From NCBI RefSeq assembly GCF_018977255.1, contig NW_024704742.1, positions 50,904,001-50,968,000 on the forward strand: 64,000 nucleotides of DNA. The letters run 5' to 3'. The notes beneath the pieces were generated by a model that was not told where the DNA came from, made no database searches, and saw only the letters and a program-made list of their open reading frames with translations. Position numbers and translations under genes: made by a program. Shown piece by piece: positions 39,763 through 53,210 of this stretch (position 1 is the first letter of the stretch; the number at the start of each line of letters is the position of its first letter). This DNA comes from Callorhinchus milii (lineage: Eukaryota).

Positions 39763-42700
39763 CACAAGAAACTTCAGATCGCACAAAACTAAAATTACCC
39801 ATACAACGTTTTCAGCCTGCCCAATTCATAAAAAGGTGGTTTAACAACACATTCTAACTGTCACCATTTCAAGATTTCTATCAATGTAAAACACCAAATC
39901 TTTGCTTTAGATGAAAACTTTTAGTTTACTTACAGGTGGAAAGTGTCATCTTGTTTCTTTTGGTGCAGTTTAAACTATCCTTTTAAATGCTGAATACTGA
40001 ACCCTTGCAGAATGATTCATTTGCAGACTTTCAAGTTTCTATCTGATAACTGATTTGAAGCGACATCACTCAGGATATGACGCACACATTATGGCCTGAT
40101 CTGAACAGGTTGATTCAAAATATGAATTCTCTCACAGCAGAGACACCCACTATCGAATATGTTCAGTGAAAAATAGGTTTTACCTTTTCAATATCCCACT
40201 TCCAATGGCAGCTTTCTGGAGGTCAAATATTTTCTGATAAAATTAGAAACTCTAAATTATACCACAAAGAACCAAAACATGTCCCAGCATTTGCTTGTCT
40301 GTAAGGTTACTTTTGCAACTGGACATAACCTAGTTGGGAGCGAGGGGAGTGGGGACAACCAAGTATCTTCAAGAGAGAGGACCGAGGGGAAAGTTGACTG
40401 GAGAGTCACTTATTGATTTAAACTAAAGACTTTAAAATAGCTCGCCAGATTGCTTAAAGATCCCAAATATACAGATCAAAAGGCCATGGGTTCAATTCCT
40501 GATCCGTGCCAATTTAGTAAAATACATTTGGGCGACCACAATTTGTCTTACAGATGTAAGATAGGAAAAAAGCCACTTCTGATTACCATTTAGTGATCTC
40601 TTTGGAAGTTCCAATGTGTGCACATTGGGTGAGAACAGCATTGACCTTATCCTTCACAATCAATTAGCATGTACTGTCTGACCTCACTCGAGCACGGTGC
40701 TTGAAGCCTGTAATTTTCACGGGACTTTTGCGGTCAATTGAGCGTCACGGAAACCCATCACCATCCTTCAGAGTATCTAAACCAAACAGAGTTCCATGCA
40801 TCACATCCCTACATGGATATTCCAGAGATCTTTGTTGGAATGGAATGCGCACTCTCTCCCTGGCGGAACGCATGCCGTTTACCTAAAAGTATTGGGCATC
40901 GATTGGCAAGAGCCAAGGATTGGGATCCCAGAGTGTGCATTGGGGTACTGCTAAAAATGCACAGCTTGCCATTGATATCACTGTCTGGCAAGCTTTTCCA
41001 CTGCTTGTTCAGCTTGGACCACCCTAGGTTTGCAGGGTTACCAGGAGCTGAGTGATTCTCTGCCTCCAGTGACTTGTCTGCCCTTCCAGGTCCTGCTCAT
41101 GAGCCAGGCTGACTGTGTTGTCATTAGCAGTGCCCTGGAGTACTGCAGACCCGCCTGGCTCAGGAACTGCAAAATTGTATTTTTACACAAAAAAATTAAA
41201 ACTGTTTGGAATAATCTACTAATGTAACAAAATAGTTGCCTTTTTATCATCTCTCACTTTGATGATCTTCTTATACTCAAATTATTCATGAAGCAGTGAT
41301 TAGATCAGATTTCTCATTTCATTATTTTTATTTTGCCATATTTACAAGGTCAAAAGAAGAAAAAGTACAACAGAAAATGCTATAAGTTTCATTCTTATTT
41401 TGTTAAATAATTCAGTGTCATTACCAGCATGAGCAACAGATAAATACAATTATTGCATTTACTCTCAAAATTAATCACTCAATGAGAATTTATTTATTTA
41501 TGTGTGATCATTTTTGGGATCATCCTTTTCTCAAAACATACATTTCCAATTCCTGAATTTATGTATGAAACAAATAGGAAACTGGACAGCAAGAGAAAGT
41601 AATTCAAGGCATTTTACTCATTAATCTAGAGATCTACCCGTTTCCCAAACACATTTTGAGCTTACACCTAGAACAAACCCTAAAATGTTTTCAGTACAGT
41701 ATAAACAAATTTCTAAATTAGAAATTTTTCAAAAATATAACCACCACCTAATTATTTTCTAGTGTTGGAATTTCCTTATTCTTGGCAAGTTAAAACGTTT
41801 TGCTTAAAATAAGTGAACATTTAATAAATATTATAAAACAATGCAGAACTACATACATATTTTCATCTTTGGAAAGATCCATTGCTAGGTAGGTTTCCCT
41901 CTTTTTTTTGGTGAAATTAAAAGATTTTCCATGGATTTAATAAAACGTCAGAACAGGTTCAATGGGCAGAGTGGCTTACACACACCTTTATATCCATGGG
42001 TGGGGAAACATTTTTCTGATGTGCTTTGGCTGAGTTTGTAAACTTGGCTGAAAAGGAACCTATTTCAAACATGGATGCTATTACTCCACATTACAGCTAA
42101 TGTACTATAAGACTCTCAAATTAATAAAAAAATTTCAAACCATTCTGTTATTTACTTTGTTTAATCAAATGCAAGGATTAATCAAAATCATTTCAGTGTG
42201 CCTGTGTGTGTTAGACATGTTTATATATAATAGTTGCATGCTCAGTGGACATTCTAATTTGGTGGCCAAGGCATGAAGAAAATCTCATCAGTTTGAATCG
42301 TTCAGATTAATTTGTCATTCACTTTGTGGCTGCTTGTGGGATCTTGCCTACAAAAGCAGTCACTTCACTGACAGTAATTATCTGTAAAGCTCTTGAGATA
42401 TTTTAGCATGATAAGGTTATAAAATTGCAAGATTTTTCTTCTTTCTAAAACAAAAGAAATGAGGGTATGAACACTTGACTAAAAAATGCTTTTTTAGTTC
42501 CAGCAGAGCATTCCTCATTCAATTGTTCTTTGATAGATACCAAATTATATCTATGCAAATATTTCACTAGCAATAATTCTATATTAGTTTTACATTTTGC
42601 TACTGGAAAAAGTGCCCTAAGTTTTGTGAAAATGTAGTGGTGCCTAATATAAAAATGAGGCTACGAACATGGAATCATCATAACAGATTAACCAGAAATG

Positions 42701-42961
42701 TTTTTAAATTGAATATAATTTTTTATGTCTAATACTGCCCATCAAGTCACACATGTAATAATTTGGGTAAGTTACGAGAGGCAACCAGCGCCCGGTGAAC
42801 CAAACCTAGTTGGGGGAGTGGTGGTGGGGGGAACCCAATATCTTGAGGAGAGGAGTGAGGAGAAAGTTGACTGGTGAGAAAAAAACACCTTCACACCTTC
42901 AGAGCTGTTCAGTTATACAAAACTTACTTAACTAAATAATAGCTCCAGTTTGAAACTATCA

Positions 42962-43173
42962 CAGTCAAACCTGTGAAAGCAACCACCTCTATTCAACAAC
43001 GCCTGCTGTCAAAAACCACTCTGGAACAACCCCATAATGAACGATTTTCCATAATGAACCACCTCTAGTAGGGTCTGTTCAACAAACCAATGAGCCCTTA
43101 CTCAGAGGCCACCCTTATATAAAGGCCACTTTAATCCTATCCTCTGAGAGACTGCTGAACACAGATTTGACTG
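42962..43173. mobile_element. Tc1/mariner-pogo-type MITE
   Basis: TIRs cagtcaaacctgtg and cacagatttgactg (13/14 match), TA after the right end, internal accacct subrepeats. Confidence 0.65.
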
Positions 43174-43500
43174 TATATGGGGTCATTACTGTTTTGTGTA
43201 CTCTAATCATAAAAGATGATAATCATGGAAAACCAGCAGGAGAACCAGAATTCTCATCAATTCAGTGCATAGTGGTTTACAATGTATCATTGGACTATGA
43301 AGATCTGCATCAACATATACAATATAAATTGTGAGGCTGCAGTAATCTTTGTTAAGTGTGCAATGGATTATAATCTTTTCAGAAATCCGTATGAGACAAT
43401 CCATTCAGGTTTCAAATCACTCCAAAGAGGCTTCTGTTGAAACATCGCTCTTACGATTTTCTCGTAGTTCCGAGCAGTCCAAAACCAATTGCAAGTCTCT

Positions 43501-43572
43501 TCAACTGTCATATTCCACTAACTGGTTGATCATCAGCAACAACTCACAAAAAGTTGGTCGTCCTTCTGGTTT
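43501..43572 (-). CDS. TEC: TEC terminal coding exon: KPEGRPTFCELLLMINQLVEYDS*
   Basis: cag acceptor, KPEGRP motif, TGA at 43503-43501. Confidence 0.94.
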   Translation of the reverse strand, partial: KPEGRPTFCELLLMINQLVEYDS

Positions 43573-44543
43573 CTGGAAAGAGAAACAGTGAATTCTAACT
43601 AGAATGAAAGAAAATGTATAAAATTAAATATTAAATAGTGCAGGATTCAGAATATCAAAATAATCTAAATGTGGTTTTCCAGAATAAGAAATGTATGACA
43701 TATAAACTCCCTACTGGAGTTCACTTCTCTATTCCAATTCCTGTGGTTTCTCCATACTAGTTTACACTTTGGTTTTTTTAATATTCATGGCATTCCCATT
43801 CAAATGATGTGATTGTCTCAGCTTCCTATTTCAGTGAGATGATAACAGGCCCAATAGGCTCTATTCCAGTTTGTTTGACACCATTCAATGTTAATTGAAT
43901 AGTAGCAACTGCACTAGATTGATTTGTTTTACACTGAAACTGGTCCAGTCATACTATCACCATGTTTAAACTGCTAAAACAAGTTAGAGAACAAAACTCC
44001 ACTCAATGCTTAAAAACACAGACATATCCATTTGCTCAAAAGTATTTTACTTAAATTCTGCCAAAAGATTAAGAATATAATTTTTGAATTTTAAAATATA
44101 TAGAATTTCTTGAATCTTAGCATATTTTGGAAATTAATTTCTAGGAACTAATTTTTAAAAATCATGCCAGAACTTTTCTATTGATTTCTGGATTTTTTCA
44201 AATATTTATTGTGCTGGATTTTTCTTCTTGTGCTGCTCTATTTAAAACTCCCCTCCCTGGGTTTTGCCAAAGCTAACTCTGCAAAGTCTTTTTTTTTAAT
44301 TTTTTTAAAATAATTTTTTTCTGATTCTCCTTTGCTCCATTCACAGTCTAACACTCGATTCATTCTGTGCTATTGGCTTTCACAAACACTAATTGTATGA
44401 ATCTTGCGAGTTATAACACACTTACATCCAAATATAATGGATAATATTCGATAAACAGCAACTAATGTAAACAATTGATCAGTAATTTAAAATTAAAGTT
44501 TGTTATAATAGCCCGAACTGATTAAAGTAGCCTCAACACCAAC

Positions 44544-44701
44544 CTCGTGCCAACACTGGGTCATGATCTCATACACAGCATTCGATGCCCGTTTCGGACG
44601 ATAGAGTCGAAATCCAGATGTAATTAATTGAACCACCTCAGCATTTGATTTAGTCTCAAATGGCATTTTTCCCTCAATGTAAACTTCCCACATCAAAACA
44701 C
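44544..44701 (-). CDS. TEC: TEC exon, kinase C-lobe: [53 protein letters not shown]
   Basis: 158-nt exon inside ORF 44493..44708. Confidence 0.96.
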
Positions 44702-45668
44702 CTGGCAATAAGAAAAGGAAAGTGTTTGTTGTAAAATGCCAAATGCATCAAATAGAATTTCATCAAATCAATATTGGACATTAATGTAAAAGGTTTTTTA
44801 ATACCACAGGACAACATAACTTGGGTTGCCCAACATAACCAGTGTATAGTAACAGGAATGTACAAAATTGGAAAAAACATTTATGGTTCATATTTTATTA
44901 CTAATTCCAGCTATCAATCTAGTTGCCCTTTGCTGTATCTCTACAATGTTCTTACTGCAATAAGGCGATCAAAATATCTATCCAATATTCCTCATTGGAT
45001 TGGATCAGTGTTCTATAAAAATTTAGTATCACTTTTCTGTGGTTTATCCTTTTTTTCCTTTAGCTCCGACCATTATTATTATTATTTATGATAGACACAA
45101 AGATGATTCTGTTAAGGTCCTGTGGCAGCATTCAGAAAAAGAGAGCTTCTTCCAGTGACCTGGCCAACAATTCCCCAAATAAGATTGGTAATTCACTTCA
45201 TGGCTGTTTGTGGGACATTGCTTGTGGAAATGGGCTACCCCGTTCACCCATCAAAATTGAAAAAGCAGGCACAGGGGTAGTTGTGCTTACAGCTTGCTCG
45301 TAATTATCCTTGTTTCACCCACAAAATACACAGTCAATCGACTTTACAGTATATCTTTGAGACGTCTCAACAATGTGAAAAGGCACTATATCAAATGTAA
45401 GGATTATTACATTTTACATAATAATCCTTGCAATTGATATAGCACTTTCCACATCTTCTAGACGTCTCAAAGTGCTTCACATAATATACTGTGTTGTTAT
45501 TGTTGATGGAATTTACATGGTAAACTATTACATAATGATTACATTGCAGATTTTTTTTGCATTATTGAAGAGGATTTATTTAGAATTCTTATGTCAGAAA
45601 TGCCATTAAATTGACATTTTGCGTGAATCTGAATAGAAAGAAATATTATCGAGGGAAGTAAAAGATTA

Positions 45669-45830
<162 letters not shown>

Positions 45831-46642
45831 TTAAGGTAACTGTCAATCACATCAATTGGAACCGTGAATTGATCAGTCACATAAAATCCAAAAGGATCAT
45901 CAAAAGCATAAAATCATTACACAACAAAAACATAAAGTTAAACTACAATCAAATCTGCTGGATCAAAGACTTTGCCAAATTCACTCACAGAATGTTTAAT
46001 TTGTGATTTTTGCCTTTTATTCTTTTCCAATTATATCAGATTTTCACGCACTCATATTCTTCAATAACTCAGTGATAGGAAACCTGGTTACGTTTCCTGG
46101 TTCCTTTGCTCTGAACCCTTTCTAAAGGAGTTTACCACTTACAATGTTTTTAATTTCTCTTTCACTGATACTTTTCTGTTTGAAGTTGTTACCTATTTGG
46201 ATCTGGAATTGCCTTAGTCTGCAAGGGTTTAGAACCAGCTGAATATACAGAAATGCCAAATGAGCATTAACCTATCCTTCACTAACTTCAATGCTCTCAG
46301 ATTGGTAACCGGGTCATCGCGAAGCAACTTCCCTATCAAGGCAAGAAGCTGCTCAGAGGTTCAATTGTTTCCCTCATCTACCTCACGAGAACAGATCTTG
46401 ATACGAGCAGAGTATCAGAATTGTGCATCTCTCTGGGAGGGAAAATTCTTCACCAAATTAAAGGTGTTCCTCTACACCAGATAGAAAACAAAATGTTCAC
46501 GGCACTTTGTCTTGAAACTGCTTTTGTCCCTCACAAATTCAAAAATGATGATCGATAATTCAATAATCCAAACAAATACAAATGAAAACTAATGAAAACC
46601 AAATCACTGTGCAACAGGATTTGTAGGGATTCATTATTTTAC

Positions 46643-46707
46643 CTCGTCATTCCAAAATCAGATACTTTCACCACATGTGATTCACTCACTAAACAGTTTC
46701 TGGCAGC
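46643..46707 (-). CDS. TEC: TEC exon, kinase: AARNCLVSESHVVKVSDFGMT(R)
   Basis: 65-nt exon with AARN and DFG motifs. Confidence 0.96.
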
Positions 46708-47897
46708 CTAGAAAGAAAGAAATCAGTTGCATTTCAAATGTATTTAAAGTATATGTTCGACAACTTTATTCACGATGAATCCCTTTTTCAAATTGCAAAG
46801 GTGAACATTCCTTAAATGACATTCCACAAAATAACACAAAAGCCACCATTTATGTGCAACAACACCTTTAGTAACTGTGGGCCGTCAGCAAGCAGTCCTG
46901 AACATTCACATGAGCATAGGTAATTCCTTGTTTGATCAGTAGCATGTTTTCAGTTTTTTGTTGTTTGAATATTTCTTGATTTACAGCGAGAAGATTTATT
47001 TTTGTCCGACCTTAAAGACTGTCCACCACTGATATAATTGTATAATATTTTAGTATTTTGTGGAAAATTGTCTCAAGAAATTATGATCAATGCTACAATA
47101 ACGTTCTAATATCAAACCAGACCAGGAATCTCTAAGTTTGGCATTCCTAAAGCACTTCACAGGACTCTGTATTTTATTGGCGAACATTTTAACAACAGTA
47201 GTATTTATGTTACTGTGATGGACTGCCGAGTTTAAATACAATGGGAGTATTGAGACTGCAGCTACTATTCCCACCATTCGAACAAGTAACTCAAGTTACT
47301 TGTTGCTCATGGAACCCTGACTAGTGACACAAGTGCAATCAGGTTCATCTGGACAATTGCAGTACTGGCTGAGTTACCACACTAAAATAACCTTTTTAAC
47401 AATAATAATCCTTTTGTTTGATATAGTGCCTTATCACTAATATTGAGACGTCTCAAAGCACTCCACAGAACATATTGTAAAGTGAGTTGATCATGTATTT
47501 TGTTAAAGGTTATTAAAGAGTTATTTTAACACAATAACTCAGCCAGTCCTGCTTCATTCAGATCAACACAATCAACGATAAGTGAGTCTGTCTTGAACCC
47601 TCTTCCGCTTCCTCTCCCCAACCACCATTACTGCTTCCTCAGCAACGTCTCTATTGTGCAAGTCACCCTACACTTCCACAAATATACTGTAGTTATTTTG
47701 CTACCTCTGATTTAGTGTCTGAGAATAAAAGTACATTAAATATAAAATATAAGTACATACATGCCACACTCACTTTTCATACCTAGTACCATAAACTGAA
47801 ACAGCCATCGACTATCACAAAAGCCTACAGGATTAGCATCTACAACCGCACCATGCATTGATGGTTCATACAGATCTCTGGTGTAAAATTTGTATTA

Positions 47898-48161
<264 letters not shown>

Positions 48162-48432
48162 TTATTGGACACTGAAGTCTTCATAAAGGATGACCAATTG
48201 TGTAGTACATGTTTATGAAGTCCTTACATGGGGCTTGAACCCACAGCCTCCTGACTCAGACGGTAGAGTGCTTGCAACTGAACCAGGCTAGCACATGGAA
48301 AAGTGTCTGAATAAAACATTAAAACGTTTACTATGACAAACCTGGTACAACACGTCAAGAATGACATGTTTTGTTTGGAGTTGCAGAATACACCAGCAGT
48401 ATCAGACATACCTAAAATCAAAATATTACTTA

Positions 48433-48636
<204 letters not shown>

Positions 48637-49755
48637 TCATTTGAATACAAGGTTACAACTGAATGTATATGACTAAAAGTCCAAAAGTCATCCTAAACTG
48701 GTAAAAAAAAAACTTGTATTTTATATGGCGCTTGTCATGTCGGAAGGTCATCTCAAAGTGCTTCATAGGATATATTGTAAAGTGAAGTGACTGTATTTTT
48801 TTAGGTGAACACTGGTGAGGCCAGTTATAATATTGCATGTAGAGTTATGAACCCTACCTGCAAGGCAACATTGAAGCATTGGTGAAGATGCAGGGAAATG
48901 TTAGCTATAGCAGAAATGAGATCAGGTTTCAAAACTACTGTTGTGGAGAAAGGAAGGATAATTATGGAGATATTGCCCGAGTGCATTTTGGGGTGTTGGG
49001 TGGTGGAGGGGTGTTGTAAGAAGCTTTTCAAAGGAGGCAGTGGGATGGAATGATAGGAGAGATTTGGTAGAAAATGGGCTTAATGGGACAAATATAATTT
49101 ACAACACAGAAATAATCCACTTAATAATGTATGCATGAGAATGATTTTAGCTTTAGCAGATATGGTTGCTTTGGTAACAAATTTCACATTAGTGTGATTT
49201 GTCTCTTCAGCCTTTTTCATAGGAACTAGGTACTAAACAATACTAATCCATGCACTGTAAAAGAAACGTAATTAAAAAATACAGTAGAGAAAAGGGGCAT
49301 TAAAGGGGGAAGCTTGAGTGGTTGAACGGTTTTGCCTTTCTGCAGGGTCATTGCCACAGTGTATTAATCTTAGTTTAGACGGAAGTAATGCAAACTGTAT
49401 AATTTTAGGCGGTTAGTTTGTTCCAGTCATCAGCTCTCCAGCCAGCTTGAAGTTGCATCTCCATTTCTTATAGTACTGCTCTGGGATACATTGGCACTCT
49501 TTGTGTCAGTAATATTATCAGTGTTTTGGCTTTCTATCTACACACACACATACACACAAACCAAAAATGACATGTTCACTAAAACCACAGAATGAACAAA
49601 TCCTCAGCGAATTACACTACTTTCCACTTTATAAACAGGAAGTTTCAACTAGGTGCAATTTTAAGTAATAAAATGTTGCCCAATGTTTTCACACAGTAAG
49701 ACATGCAAAAATATCAACACGTATTGGCCCGCCTAAAAATGACTTGGTACATTAC

Positions 49756-49830
49756 CATAGCTAAAACCAGCAGTTGTAGGGGCAGCTCGTCCTTTACGGC
49801 CTACTGGATATCGCAACCTTGTGATAAGAC
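49756..49830 (-). CDS. TEC: TEC exon, SH2-kinase linker: [25 protein letters not shown]
   Basis: 75-nt exon. APTTAGFSY matches human TEC. Confidence 0.95.
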
Positions 49831-50086
49831 CTAAGACGAGATGGTTCATGTTAATTATAGCATTATGTTAACAGAGTTGCTTCTACTTTTATTGATTTAA
49901 AATCTGAAACACTTTGACCCATTAATCACTTCTGTTTCACACTGCATTAATTCTTGGTATCATCAACAAATAACTTACTTGGAAATCAAGTCACAAAACA
50001 TGAAAATTGGGCAAACGATAATAGCTGGATGCTTAAGTACAATTTTTAAAAAGGAAATCAGTGTAATAAAAAAGTGGTGAGAATTA

Positions 50087-50320
<234 letters not shown>

Positions 50321-51571
50321 CTACTTCTCACTCTTGATCATAATATAATAATAATAATAATCCTTGCATTTGATATAGCTCCTTATCATGTTGTTGAGGC
50401 AACTCAAAGCATTTCACAGAATATATTGTAAAGTGGATTGACTATTTTGTGGACAGACATATATAATATCATATTCTATACTGCAGTGAAATGGAACATT
50501 ATATTATTACAGGAAATGTGAGATTTTACATGTTAAACATTAGCAGACCCTTTTGCTGTAGAGCCAATATTAAAGATTCAGTTGCACAAATTCAAAGCAA
50601 GGCTAACCTTTATGTTATGTTCAATATTCTACCAGAAATATTCTCCCCATTGGGGTTCAATTTCACTGCCTACATAGTCTAAATTATTCAAACAAATAAG
50701 TTACTTTGTACTTATTGGTATTTTTTAGCAATTCTAAATGATTGAAATAGAGTTCAAACTGCACAAGTTTAGATGATGATATATTTGCCAATGCATTTTC
50801 TAGATAAATTTACAGTATTATATATTCCTAGATTGGCAAAGTAGTTTTTTTGTGTCATGAATACGCCACAATAAAAAATACTGTGCTGCCATCTATTGGT
50901 AACAATTGATGAAGCAGATGTCTGTTAATGAGGAAACTAAGCTGCTACTTGTAAGCAGCTACAGCTAAGCAGCTACTGCTCCAGCTCTACCATTGGTGGA
51001 ATCACTGCTCAATCAGTAGGGATGTGTGTCCAAGCTGTGGGTAGGATTGTGGCAAAGCTCTCACGTGTTTCATGCTGAGCTGTGCTGCTCATCAGGAAAT
51101 CACAGAGTTCCTATGTAATGTAATTCTATGCAATGGAAGTTTCCCAGCGTCTGAAATGGAATACACACTCTCTCCCTGGAGGGACATGCCCTCCTCTGTG
51201 CAGGGTATTTCTAGAAAGTATTAGGGCTGAATTTGGCAATGGCCAAGGCTTGGGAACCCCAGAGTGTGTTAACTGAGGACAATGTGAATTGGGGGTATTG
51301 CTGGAGTTTAACCGACTAAAACTACATAACTTGCCACTGAAACCGTCTGTCAATCTATCCAACTGCAGCTACCTGGCCCAATAGAGCTTCGGCTTGCAGG
51401 GTTAAATGGATTTAAATGGGAAGACGATTCCCTACTCCCGGTGACTGGTCTGTCCCTCCAAGTCCTGCCAACCGGCCCGAATGGATGTATTTTTCCTTTT
51501 TTTATATTTTAAAATACACAGTTAGTGCTTATCTAGAGGCAAAAAAGAAAATTTAAAAAATCAAAACTTAC

Positions 51572-51651
51572 CCTTGACTTTTGCTGTACAGAGATACTGT
51601 ATAGGTCTCAGCTTGGCTGGAGTCTCTGACAATAAAACCTCCCTCTTTATC
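51572..51651 (-). CDS. TEC: TEC exon, SH2: [26 protein letters not shown](G)
   Basis: 80-nt exon with the FIVRDS phosphotyrosine-binding motif, tag/gtaagt. Confidence 0.94.
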
Positions 51652-52732
51652 CTACAAGACAAATTATACATGCATTGGAATTTCAAAGCAACCTTCCGCT
51701 ATTTAGAAAAAGGCAAGATGCCAAAAAAAAGGAAAAGATGACAAAATAAAAATTCCTCAGCCAAGGTGTAAGACACTGTTTTCACCTGATGTTTCCATTC
51801 CATCAGTCACTCACTGCCAGTCATGACTGGAGCAAAGGTGGGTAGAACCACACAATATCTGTTTTTGGGCTTGATCTGATCTTTGGTCAATATCCGATGT
51901 GCCAAGCATTGTGCTCTAGGCGCAAGGAGAAACCCTACTGTATCATGATGGGTCTTCATTCATGTCTCGGGTAACTTGACAGAGGGGCTGAGAAGAAAAT
52001 CTGGCATTATACCCCAAAGCTCCCTCACAATCCATTGGAGACTTATTCAGTTTGTGTATCCTCCAATTCTAACTCTAATTTGGAAAATTCACATCTTGGA
52101 AAATATAATAGTTGACCCGTCTTGTGGTGGATCCAGTCATGACTATCGAGAAAGGCATGAAGGAGTTCCACCAATGGGCAACAGATTTCCATAGGTTAAT
52201 GGTTGCTGCAGGAACTCTGGTTTAACTAGTATGAGTTATTTATTCGGTGTTTAAAATTCTATATACGAGACAGAATTGCAGACTGCTTCACCATCTACGC
52301 AGCATACAACAGTATATTAAACATTGTAAAAATGAAATGGCAGCTTGAAATGTAGTTCTGCGTAAATTGAAATGATTCTACCACGTTTCTACGTAGCTGA
52401 CTAATTACCTGCACGACATATGTAAAACACCCACACATGCCACCACTCACTCGCAAATAACTGAATGGAAAATAACCATTCTGTTCAATGCACAACTGAA
52501 AAATGTTGGTTCACATTTAAGAACAACTGTCCTTCTAAAAGTAAAGTATAGTGCAAAAAAGAAATATTGGAAAATACAGTTTTACATTGACAATTAAGAC
52601 AGTTAAAAACAGTTTAAAGATCTTTGATTTTGACATTTGCAAGGACTTGCTCACATGTACATAAATAATTACCATTATAGAATGTGTACTGATTTTGGTT
52701 AAGAAAAATGTGCAATTAAAGTAAATTTCATC

Positions 52733-53210
52733 ACCCATCACCCCCACCCTCGCCCGGCTCCACTGGCGCCCCATCCCTCAGATAGAGTTCAAAACCCTCG
52801 TCCTCACATTCAAAGCCCTCCGTGATCTTGCCCCCTCCCTACCTCTATGACCTACTAGCCCCTTAACAACTTGTCCGCTCCCTCTGCTCAGCAGTGTCTA
52901 GCCTGCTCCCCGACCACCGCCAGACCCAGCCCACCATTGGTGATCAGACCAACAGCCTCTCTGCCGCAACCCTTTGGAACTCCATCCCACAATCCCTTCA
53001 CCTTGCTCCCTCCCTTTCCCCCTTCAAGGCACATCTCAGGATCCTCCTCTTCGACCGTGCCTTTGGCCACCCTCCTACCCCTACCAACCCAGCACTCCAC
53101 CCCTCCTGACCCTACCACCCTGCTCGGGTCCAAATCCCTGACTATCCAGCCCCTAGAGAAGTCGCCCCGACGTGAAAGGCGATATATAAATAGTATGTTG
53201 TTGTTGTTTG
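52733..53210 (+). mobile_element. L2 3' fragment, followed by a second fragment at about 53295-53430
   Basis: catcacccccaccctcgcccggctccactgg... through the cgacgtgaaaggcg tail and (TTG)n. Confidence 0.85.
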
